Positions 36,770-44,721 of a DNA stretch of 47,678 nucleotides are shown in pieces. Numbering within the stretch: the first letter of the stretch is position 1; every line of letters begins with the position of its first letter. The stretch is from Pseudomonadota bacterium (GTDB taxonomy: Bacteria; UBA10199; 2-02-FULL-44-16; JAAZCA01), in assembly GCA_043822785.1 (NCBI GenBank), contig JBDRBN010000019.1, positions 1 through 47,678 on the forward strand. The letters run 5' to 3'. The notes under the pieces are model-generated. The model saw only the letters and a list, made by a program, of their open reading frames with translations, had not been told where the DNA came from and did not search any database. A program made the translations under genes and the position numbers.

Positions 36770-38026
36770 ATGGAAATCACACAGAAAATAAAAAGGCCGC
36801 TTCCTAAAGGGTTTTGGCGAAACATTGCCATATTCCTGGCAGTGCTTGGCCCTGGTATAATTACCGCCAACGTGGACAACGATGCTGGCGGCATAGCTAC
36901 GTATTCTGTTGCCGGAGCAGACTTTGGCTATGCATTTCTCTGGGCTGTGGTGCCGGTTGTGTTTGCGCTAGTCGTGGTGCAGGAGATGGGTGCACGCATG
37001 GGTGCGGTTACAGGCAAGGGGCTTGCTGATCTCATCCGTGAGCATTATGGCGTGCGCATCACGTTCTATGCGATGACAGCACTTTTGCTCACCAACATCG
37101 GCAATACTATGTCAGAATTCTCCGGCATTGCCGCAAGCCTCGGGGTCTTTGGCATCTCTAAATACATAAGCGTACCAATTGCTGCACTCTTTGTGTGGCT
37201 TTTGGTAGTGAAGGGCACTTACAAGATAGTAGAGAAGGTCTTTCTTGTGGCGTGCATCTTTTATATCTCCTACGTGATATCTGGCTTTCTGGGTAAACCG
37301 AACTGGGGTGAGGTCGGCATGGGCATGGTCACTCCCACGATTCAATTTGACGGGCCTTATCTTTATATGCTCATCGGCATCATCGGCACGACCATCGCAC
37401 CGTGGCAGCTATTTTTTCTGCAGTCATCGATCGTAGAAAAGGGTGTGGGAGTTGAGCAGTATCCGCACTCACGATACGACACGATGGTGGGCTGCATCAT
37501 GGCTGGGATCGTGATCTTCTTTATCATGGTGGCTTGTGCCTCGATCATCCATCCAACAGGGCAACGCATCGAGAGTGCTGCGGATGCTGCGCTTGCTCTT
37601 AAACCGCTCGCTGGTCCATATTGTTCATGGCTTTTTGCCTTTGGGCTATTCAACGCCTCGATCTTTGCGGCCTGTGTGCTGCCGCTGGCGGTCGCCTATT
37701 ATGTTTGCGAGGGGTTGGGCTTTGAGGCCGGCGTTAACAAGACCTTTTCCGAAGCGCCGCAGTTCTACGGGCTTTTCACAGCCACGATATTCATCGGCAT
37801 GGGCATGGTGTTGATTCCAGACTTTCCGCTCTTCAAAATGATGGTACTATCCCAAGTGATAAATGGCATCGTGCTGCCGTTTATCCTGGTCTTCATGGTG
37901 CTGCTCATCAACAAGCGCGAACTAATGGGCGAGTTTGTAAACAATCGGCTGTGGAATGTGGTTTCATGGTTCACAGTGATTAGCGTAATCACGCTCACCA
38001 TTATCATGGCTATAACGTATTTCTAG
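36770..38026 (+). CDS. Nramp-family divalent metal transporter (Nramp-related Mg2+ transporter type)
   Basis: GPGIITANVDNDAGGIATYS, QEMGARMGAVTGKGL, GTTIAPWQ; many TM helices. Confidence 0.92.
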   Translation: MEITQKIKRPLPKGFWRNIAIFLAVLGPGIITANVDNDAGGIATYSVAGADFGYAFLWAVVPVVFALVVVQEMGARMGAVTGKGLADLIREHYGVRITFYAMTALLLTNIGNTMSEFSGIAASLGVFGISKYISVPIAALFVWLLVVKGTYKIVEKVFLVACIFYISYVISGFLGKPNWGEVGMGMVTPTIQFDGPYLYMLIGIIGTTIAPWQLFFLQSSIVEKGVGVEQYPHSRYDTMVGCIMAGIVIFFIMVACASIIHPTGQRIESAADAALALKPLAGPYCSWLFAFGLFNASIFAACVLPLAVAYYVCEGLGFEAGVNKTFSEAPQFYGLFTATIFIGMGMVLIPDFPLFKMMVLSQVINGIVLPFILVFMVLLINKRELMGEFVNNRLWNVVSWFTVISVITLTIIMAITYF

Positions 38027-38032
38027 GCTAGC

Positions 38033-38491
38033 TTACCGCTTTTTCTTTTCCCTTAGAATCTTACGGATATGCAGAAGTTGCTTTAGGTCTTCTTTGTCTT
38101 TGGGTCGACCAGCTGCACGCTTCATTCGTATGAGATGATTCAGTGAGGCAAAGCAGGTAGGTACATCATAAAGCTTGTCTTTTACTCTTTCCTTCCAGAC
38201 TGATGCAAATTTTGCTCCTTTGACAAAGGGATGTATGTCGGTTTCTAAAATATACTGTCGAAGGAGGATCTTCTTATTAAGAATCTCATCAATGGAGGCA
38301 TCTGTCATATCATATCCAAACTCGGATAGCGCCTTTACCACTCTTTTTGCGTTTTCAGATGTGGCTTCGATAAAGATATCGATATCTCGCGTTGTTCGTG
38401 ACCATCCATGCGCGGAAAACGCTGCAGCACCTATGATTACGTACTTCACATTATGTGCGTTTAATAATTTTAGGAGTTTGCCGATATCCAT
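38033..38491 (-). CDS. Minimal nucleotidyltransferase-like protein (DUF6036/AbiEii-like)
   Basis: YVIIGAAAFSAHG..RTTRDIDIF, LIRMKRAAGRPKDKEDL. Confidence 0.82.
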   Translation of the reverse strand: MDIGKLLKLLNAHNVKYVIIGAAAFSAHGWSRTTRDIDIFIEATSENAKRVVKALSEFGYDMTDASIDEILNKKILLRQYILETDIHPFVKGAKFASVWKERVKDKLYDVPTCFASLNHLIRMKRAAGRPKDKEDLKQLLHIRKILREKKKR

Positions 38492-38636
38492 GTCTTTTTG
38501 CCAGTTTAATGAGTTGAATTGAAAAGGAGATCATTGCTTCAAAGCGCTCCTGCGTTGTGAGCGTCATTTGATGTCTTATATTAAAATCCCGTTCTTTTTC
38601 TTCATCATGGTCTTTTAATTTTAACACTGGAGACAT
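38451..38636 (-). CDS. Small hypothetical protein overlapping the nucleotidyltransferase gene (putative partner)
   Basis: 61 aa, LTTQERFEAM motif, RBS gagg, 41-nt overlap. Confidence 0.65.
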   Translation of the reverse strand: MSPVLKLKDHDEEKERDFNIRHQMTLTTQERFEAMISFSIQLIKLAKRHGYRQTPKIIKRT

Positions 38637-38684
38637 AAAAACCTCTGAATTTCAATAAGATACTAACACAGGAGGGGGGGTCGG

Positions 38685-39314
38685 TCAACACATCACATGC
38701 GATAGAATGATGACGGCGAGATCTTCTTTTGGAAGCAGGGGAAGAGAGATCTTCTTGCCTTGTGAATTAAATAGAAGAGCGCGGCCTTGCTTTGCACCAA
38801 TCGCTCGTGCGTTGTTGGCAACAATCCAGTTGCAGCCCTTTTTCTTAAGTTTTGTTTTGGCGTTTTTTTCAAGGTTTGAAGTTTCTAAAGCAAATCCCAC
38901 TATAGTCTGATCTGCTTTTTTCTTTTTACACAATTCTGCGAGTATGTCTGGATTATTTACTAAAGAAAACGATGGTGCTTTTGATCCTTTCTTAATTTTT
39001 CCTTTGCTTTGTTTTTTTGGTCGCCAGTCTGAAACAGCTGCAGCCATGATGATGAGGTCGGATTTCTTTGCGTGCTCCATGACTTTTTTATGCATCTGCC
39101 GGCCAGAGATAACATCGATGCGTTTTACTTTTGGCGGCGTTGAAATCTGCACAGGTCCAGCGATGAGTGTCACGTCGCATCCAAATTCTTGGGCAGCTTT
39201 TGCTAGCGCAAAACCCATCTGCCCAGATGATTCATTGGATAGATAACGAACAGGATCGAGGTGTTCCCGAGTAGGACCAGCTGTGATCAGAACTTTAGTT
39301 TTTTTGTGTGCCAT
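38685..39314 (-). CDS. coaB: Phosphopantothenate-cysteine ligase (stand-alone CoaB half)
   Basis: VLITAGPTREHLDPVRYLSNESSGQMG, AAAVSDW, VGFALET, IVAN. Confidence 0.92.
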   Translation of the reverse strand: MAHKKTKVLITAGPTREHLDPVRYLSNESSGQMGFALAKAAQEFGCDVTLIAGPVQISTPPKVKRIDVISGRQMHKKVMEHAKKSDLIIMAAAVSDWRPKKQSKGKIKKGSKAPSFSLVNNPDILAELCKKKKADQTIVGFALETSNLEKNAKTKLKKKGCNWIVANNARAIGAKQGRALLFNSQGKKISLPLLPKEDLAVIILSHVMC

Positions 39315-39340
39315 TTTCTAATTTCTAATATCCAATTTCC

Positions 39341-39555
39341 CACTGCTGTCGCGTTAGAGGTCTTAACTAATTGATATATAAGAATTCATTTTTCTCATGT
39401 CGAGGTGTCATTGCGAGGAGCGTTTAGCGACGAAGCACTCTCCTGCAAAGACAGGTTATAAGGGGATTGCTTCGCTTCGCCATGTACCATACGGTACATG
39501 GCTTCGCTCGCAATGACATCCACACAAATCAAGCACTTCTAACGCGACAGCAGTG
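39341..39555. mobile_element. 215-bp MITE with 18-bp terminal inverted repeats, an 8-bp target duplication and an internal REP doublet
   Basis: CACTGCTGTCGCGTTAGA (39341-39358) / TCTAACGCGACAGCAGTG (39538-39555), flanked by caatttcc at 39333-39340 and 39556-39563; REP at 39406-39518. Confidence 0.85.
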
Positions 39556-39599
39556 CAATTTCCAATATCGTATTTTCAGGTCTTCATTAAAAGGCGAAA

Positions 39600-40160
39600 T
39601 TAGAAATTGGAAATTAGATATTGGATTACTGCCTTCATTATTATCTCGGGCTCCGGAAGTCTCCCCTTTCCCTCATACCCACACGCGAGATCTCCTTCAG
39701 CAGGTTCGATGATCTTATATCCATGCTTTTTTAGTTTTACCACGTTCTCTTGGGTGATGGGGTTTTCCCACATATTTGAGTTCATCGATGGTGCAAATAC
39801 AACAGCAGCCTTTGTAGCACATATCACAGTGGTTAGTAGATCATCGCATATTCCATGCGCTGCTTTTGCGATAAGGTCTGCCGTAGCAGGGGCTACGAGC
39901 ACAAGATCGGCGCGATCAGCCAAGGAGATATGCCCGATCTCCTTCTCCTGTATAAGGTTGAACATCTCTGTGTGAACAGGGTTTGCGGTAAGCGTCTGGA
40001 GCGTAAGCGGCGTTACAAATTCGGCGCCTGCCTTTGTGAGCACACAGTGGACGTGTGCGCCTTTCTTCACGAACAGGCGCGCAAGCTCACAACACTTGTA
40101 AGCAGCGATGCCTCCGCCAATGCCCAACACCACAGTCTTTTGTTCAAGCATCTTTGGCAT
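39600..40160 (-). CDS. coaC: Phosphopantothenoylcysteine decarboxylase (stand-alone CoaC half)
   Basis: GGIAAYK, HISLA, APATAD, APSMN, LACGYEGKGRL. Confidence 0.92.
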   Translation of the reverse strand: MPKMLEQKTVVLGIGGGIAAYKCCELARLFVKKGAHVHCVLTKAGAEFVTPLTLQTLTANPVHTEMFNLIQEKEIGHISLADRADLVLVAPATADLIAKAAHGICDDLLTTVICATKAAVVFAPSMNSNMWENPITQENVVKLKKHGYKIIEPAEGDLACGYEGKGRLPEPEIIMKAVIQYLISNF

Positions 40161-40308
40161 ATGAACTCCAAATCGCAGCGACCATAGGCGGAAATTTACA
40201 GCCGTGCAAGTGGATAACTACTCTGATTTTGCTGCGATAAAGCAAATTGACACCACCAAAGGTGCTGACTATATCTTAAACTTCAAATCATCTTTAAAGG
40301 AGGTTGAT

Positions 40309-41862
40309 ATGAAGGGTAGTATTTCGATCAGGAAATTCGTCATAACCATGGTGCTTATTATAGCGACAGGCGTTGCCTTTGCGGGTTTTGGGTGTGGGGG
40401 CGATAAGGGGGCAGAGGGCACTGCCGAGGATGAGGCTGCAGCAGACACGATTGCACCTGGCGTAAGTGATGTCACGCCTGCTGACCGCTCCACTATCAGC
40501 AACTCGGCAAGCATAGTTTTTAAGTTCAATGAATCCATGGATACGAGTTCCTTGGTCTTAGGTGGAACCATGGCATCTGCCAGCGATGGTGGCTCTTGGG
40601 CAATGAGCACGAGCGAAAACGACACGCTAACAATAAAACCACAAACCACTTGGCCCTCTGGCACTAGCACTTTGACTGTGGCTGTAAACGATGTGGCTGG
40701 CAACCCGCTTCCCACGGCAGCAGCTACTGCCAAGGAAACAACATCATATAATATGACCTATGGTGTTCAGACGATGTATGTGAAGCAAGGTGGAGCTGGA
40801 GACGGCACGATGGATAGTGCGCTGGGCAATATAGTAGGTGCAATAGCTGCAGCAAAGAGCAGGCTCAGTGACAATGCATGGGCAACATCGGCCCGAGTTG
40901 AAGTCGCAAAGGGAGTTTATGATGTTTCATCAGGCAGCACGCACATTGTGATGTCTGAAGGCATTTCCCTGTATGGCAGCTACTCTGATACTGATTGGAC
41001 CGCAAGAGATCTTTCTGCCAACACTACCACGATCAAGGATACGAGCACGTCCGGTGGGCAGCAAACAAGCCCTAATTGTGCTGTGGAAGCTGAGAGCGGT
41101 ATAACATCTGCCACCAGAATTGATGGACTTACGATAGAAGGAGGTGATGGTGTATATACAGCTGCCATATTCAACCACGATGGTGCATCTCCTATCATAT
41201 CAAATAATGCTATAAATGGTGGCGGTGGCTCAAAACTCAGCATAGGCATTTTTAATTACAAGAACAGCTTACCCAAGATATACAATAATACGATCGACGG
41301 GGGAGCTGGGGCGAGTGCCGCCATTGCCATTGGTAATCATGAAAGCAGTTCACCTAAGATATACAACAATACGATCGACGGAGGCGGTAGCGGAAGCGAA
41401 AGCCATGGCATTTATAGTTCTAAAGGCAGCAATCCTGCTATAGACAACAATATAATTTTTACGTCCTCAGGCACGACAAGAGCCGGAATATATGAGGTGG
41501 ATAACGACTGCGATGCAACAGAAGTAAAGAACAACGATGTGTTCAATTGTCCTACGGCGCTATATGGCGATAAGCAAGCAGGTAACTTTGTTGCTGCCTG
41601 TCAAGCGTCTGGAAACTTTGGTAATCCAGATTCTAGTTGTGCTGTAATAACATTATCAACTCCCACTGGCAGTGGGAACGTTTCAATAGATCCAAAGTTC
41701 GTTGATCAGGCAGGCGACAACTGGCACCTCACGAGTTCGTCGCCCACATCGGTTACACAAGGCGGGCTCGATGGCTCTGCTGCAGGCTGGGGGTTCACAA
41801 CGGATAGGGACGGAAATCCCAGAACTGCGCCGTGGTCCATGGGTGCATATGAATACGATTAA
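40309..41862 (+). CDS. Lipoprotein with an Ig-like domain and a right-handed beta-helix (pectin-lyase-like) domain
   Basis: RBS aaggagg; GFGC lipobox; FNESMD Ig-like domain; PKIYNNTIDGG repeats; TDRDGNPR..WSMGAYE terminus. Confidence 0.82.
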   Translation: MKGSISIRKFVITMVLIIATGVAFAGFGCGGDKGAEGTAEDEAAADTIAPGVSDVTPADRSTISNSASIVFKFNESMDTSSLVLGGTMASASDGGSWAMSTSENDTLTIKPQTTWPSGTSTLTVAVNDVAGNPLPTAAATAKETTSYNMTYGVQTMYVKQGGAGDGTMDSALGNIVGAIAAAKSRLSDNAWATSARVEVAKGVYDVSSGSTHIVMSEGISLYGSYSDTDWTARDLSANTTTIKDTSTSGGQQTSPNCAVEAESGITSATRIDGLTIEGGDGVYTAAIFNHDGASPIISNNAINGGGGSKLSIGIFNYKNSLPKIYNNTIDGGAGASAAIAIGNHESSSPKIYNNTIDGGGSGSESHGIYSSKGSNPAIDNNIIFTSSGTTRAGIYEVDNDCDATEVKNNDVFNCPTALYGDKQAGNFVAACQASGNFGNPDSSCAVITLSTPTGSGNVSIDPKFVDQAGDNWHLTSSSPTSVTQGGLDGSAAGWGFTTDRDGNPRTAPWSMGAYEYD

Positions 41863-41865
41863 TAG

Positions 41866-42082
41866 CGAGACAGGCGAGAAAAGCGAAACAGGCAAGCAAC
41901 GTAAAAACCTGTGTGTCATTGCGAGGAACGAAAGTGACGAAGCAATCCCCTTCATTGCATTGATTTAGGAGATTGCTTCGTCGTCCTTCGGGCTTCTCGC
42001 AATGACATTAATCCTGACTTTATTTCTGAGGTCGGGATTTTTTAACGTTTCTCGCCTTTCTCGCGTGTCTCGCTTTTCTCGC
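41866..42082. repeat. 9-mer arrays in inverted orientation enclosing a TGTCATTGCGAG REP doublet (41914-42007)
   Basis: gcgagacag-gcgagaaaa-gcgaaacag-gcaagcaac ... cgtttctcg-cctttctcg-cgtgtctcg-cttttctcg. Confidence 0.75.
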
Positions 42083-42478
42083 TCTTTTTTTAGCTGCCTT
42101 TGATCGCCTCTGTTTGATTCTTTCAGCGCGATATGCCCACAGATCGTCCATATTGCAAAAGATATGATCCACCTCATCATAATCATGAAGGTGTTTTTGG
42201 CCGAATTCACAGTCGCCTGGAACGTGCTTGCGGCAGATGCGCGGACGTTTATCATATATCCTGCACACGCCGTCGGCCCCAAGGTGTTGACACGGGTTAT
42301 GCACCACAAGCTCCCACGTTTTACCCGTAACATGTATAGCTGTTTTTTGATGTGCTACGATCCATGCCAGATCATCATACTCGTGCAGGCTTTCTGGCTC
42401 ATCGATTTCCAGGCAAAAATAGGCGCAGCAACGGGAGCACCGATGGCACATGGACGGCTGTTTTTCTTTTTTTTGCAT
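42020..42478 (-). CDS. YkgJ-family (CxxCxxCC) cysteine-cluster protein
   Basis: CHRCSRCCAY, PCQHL...CRIYDKRPRICR. Confidence 0.87.
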   Translation of the reverse strand: MQKKEKQPSMCHRCSRCCAYFCLEIDEPESLHEYDDLAWIVAHQKTAIHVTGKTWELVVHNPCQHLGADGVCRIYDKRPRICRKHVPGDCEFGQKHLHDYDEVDHIFCNMDDLWAYRAERIKQRRSKAAKKRARKARHARKARNVKKSRPQK

Positions 42479-42494
42479 AATGCTGGTATCGACT

Positions 42495-42551
42495 ACGCCA
42501 GCAAGGCCAAAAATGCAAGCAACGCCAGCAAAGCGAGAAACGCAAGCAACG
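42495..42551. repeat. Tandem degenerate 9-mer array
   Basis: acgccagca-aggccaaaa-atgcaagca-acgccagca-aagcgagaa-acgcaagca. Confidence 0.65.
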
Positions 42552-42626
42552 TAAGGGGAGTGTATTGTGGCTTGCGCTCGGAGTAAGGGAAAGATAATCT
42601 GTCCATTACTCTGTTGGGGAGGTTAT

Positions 42627-43190
42627 ATGGCACAGAAACTCACTAATGAAGAGAAAAGGTCGCTCCTTAAGCTAGCGCGTAAGACAATCGAGCAGTATCT
42701 CAAGGATGGGTCGCGTGCAAAGCTTCCAGAGGCCAAAGGCGTGCTGGGCGAGAAGTGCGGCGCGTTTGTTACTCTTCATAAACATGGCCAGCTAAGAGGC
42801 TGCATCGGCAACATGGTGGGGCAGGGGCCGCTCGTAGAGACTATTCGCGAGATGGCTATAGCTGCAGCTACCCAAGATCCGCGCTTTCACGGGGTAGGCT
42901 CTGATGAACTCAAGGATATAGATATCGAGATCTCAGTGCTAAGCCTCATGAAGCGCATTACAGATGTTTCAGAAATAGAGGTGGGCATACACGGAATTCT
43001 CATGCGCCAGGGCTTAAACCAAGGAGTGCTACTTCCACAGGTTGCTACTGAGTACGACTGGGATCGGGAAACGTTTCTTGCACACACATGCCTTAAGGCT
43101 GGTTTGCCAACCGAGGCATGGAAGGACCCTTCGACTGCCATCGAGATTTTCTCCGCAGAGGTGTTTGGTGAGAAAGAAGGCAAAGATTAA
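42627..43190 (+). CDS. amrA: AmmeMemoRadiSam system protein A (AMMECR1 domain)
   Basis: GAFVTL, LRGCIG, DPRF, EISVLS, GVLLPQVATE, CLKAGL. ATG at 42627 follows ggagg. Confidence 0.92.
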   Translation: MAQKLTNEEKRSLLKLARKTIEQYLKDGSRAKLPEAKGVLGEKCGAFVTLHKHGQLRGCIGNMVGQGPLVETIREMAIAAATQDPRFHGVGSDELKDIDIEISVLSLMKRITDVSEIEVGIHGILMRQGLNQGVLLPQVATEYDWDRETFLAHTCLKAGLPTEAWKDPSTAIEIFSAEVFGEKEGKD

Positions 43191-44704
43191 GGTGAGTCTG
43201 CAATGCGGGGGGCATCTGGCGTGTATTCGTGTGCGCCTATGTCGCATGCTTTGCCTTGGGGTCTTTTTGTGCCTTTGATATCAATGAGGGTTATGGTCTT
43301 GGGCAGGCATTCTCCTGCATCTATTGCCGCTGATTTTGCAGATGAAATATAGCCTTCTGCGTTAAGAGAAAGATCGCTCTCTTTGCACTGCGCACCGTTG
43401 ATCGCACAATCCATGTTCTGCCTCATAAGCATGGTATTTACGATAGATCCTATGGAGCTGTCTTTGTCAGCCAGAATAATCGATGGGCCATATGATGATG
43501 TAAGGATATTGTTCTTAAGGGTAAGCAAACTTTTTCCTGATGCAGTAAGCGCGCTTTTCTCAGAGATTATTGTGTTAAAGTCCATCTCCAAAATAGCATC
43601 ATCCACAGCGATAGCTGCACTTCTGCGCGCAGCGTCTACGATGATGTTGTTAGAGAGATAGAGCCTGCCGTTGTTGGCTTGGATAGCCACGTATTTTCCG
43701 AGCTCTGTCTTATCCTCCAACGAAAAACTATTTCTGTTTACGATGGCCTCATCAAAGGAAAAAATTGAACCATATGCGCTTTGGCCCAGGAGCACGCCAT
43801 ACAGAAAGCGCGGGAAACAGGCCTTTATGCTGCAAGAGATCGTGTTGCTATCCATCTCGAGTGCAACGTGGGAATCGTTATTCTCTTTTCTGATGATCAC
43901 TCCAGCTGCCAGACCATCAGAGCTCTCTATTGTTATGCGATTGTTTTTGAGCACAAGGCGCAGTTTCTGCTTTGGGTTTAGAGCTACGGCCTCGATGCCG
44001 ATGGAATGCACCTGGGGCGAAGCGCCAAAGATACGGATGTCGTTGTTTTCGATGATTGGTTGAGAGTCGCCTTTTACTGCGATGCCCACATATGTTTTTG
44101 CCCCACCTCCTATTACCAGTGTATTTTCAGAGATGACTGGGCTTGAATCCACCACGTCTATCAGCGTTGGCACTTCCTTCCATCTTGCACCCAACACTAT
44201 GCTGCTTATCGAACTGTTCTTCTTCTTGCCAGGGCCAAACTGAATGGCAAAGGAGCCGTGGTCTGCTGGCGAAAGGATTGTTTCAAAACTCTTGGGGTCA
44301 AAGGATCTTTGGCCATCCTTGAGCAGGCTGTATCCTCCCTTGATTCTAATACCCGGTCCAACGATGACAGATTCTGCATAATGGCCTTCAGCGATATAGA
44401 GTTTGTTTTTTTTGCCCTGCATGTGTTTGAGAGCAGTCTCGATCGTCTTGAACGGTTTTTGCCAGGTTCCGTTGCCATAAGCGTCATCGCCTTCATCAGC
44501 AGAGACCCACACGCCTTTAGAATCGCACATGTCCACGACACCATCGCCATCAGCGTCGATTAGGTTGTTTGCGTATAGTTTGAGACATTCCTCTGTTGAG
44601 ACAAAGATGGATTTGAGACTATCCTTGGTTGTAAGGAATACATTTGAATTGCAACTCGCAACAGTTGCTAGAAGAGCTGAAAGGATAAGCAGTTTTTTTG
44701 CCAT
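43187..44704 (-). CDS. Lipoprotein with a DUF1565/beta-helix domain and a choice-of-anchor Q-like C-terminus
   Basis: VASC lipobox; GDDAYGNGTWQKPFKTI..AL, IAEGHY; SAAIDAG...RPQGKACDIGAHEY. Confidence 0.8.
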   Translation of the reverse strand: MAKKLLILSALLATVASCNSNVFLTTKDSLKSIFVSTEECLKLYANNLIDADGDGVVDMCDSKGVWVSADEGDDAYGNGTWQKPFKTIETALKHMQGKKNKLYIAEGHYAESVIVGPGIRIKGGYSLLKDGQRSFDPKSFETILSPADHGSFAIQFGPGKKKNSSISSIVLGARWKEVPTLIDVVDSSPVISENTLVIGGGAKTYVGIAVKGDSQPIIENNDIRIFGASPQVHSIGIEAVALNPKQKLRLVLKNNRITIESSDGLAAGVIIRKENNDSHVALEMDSNTISCSIKACFPRFLYGVLLGQSAYGSIFSFDEAIVNRNSFSLEDKTELGKYVAIQANNGRLYLSNNIIVDAARRSAAIAVDDAILEMDFNTIISEKSALTASGKSLLTLKNNILTSSYGPSIILADKDSSIGSIVNTMLMRQNMDCAINGAQCKESDLSLNAEGYISSAKSAAIDAGECLPKTITLIDIKGTKRPQGKACDIGAHEYTPDAPRIADSP

Positions 44705-44721
44705 GGGTATTTTCTTTGTCT

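Noticed and set aside
42627..43190. Complete AmmeMemoRadiSam system
   Set aside because: Only protein A is present; the two radical SAM genes in the window belong to other families.
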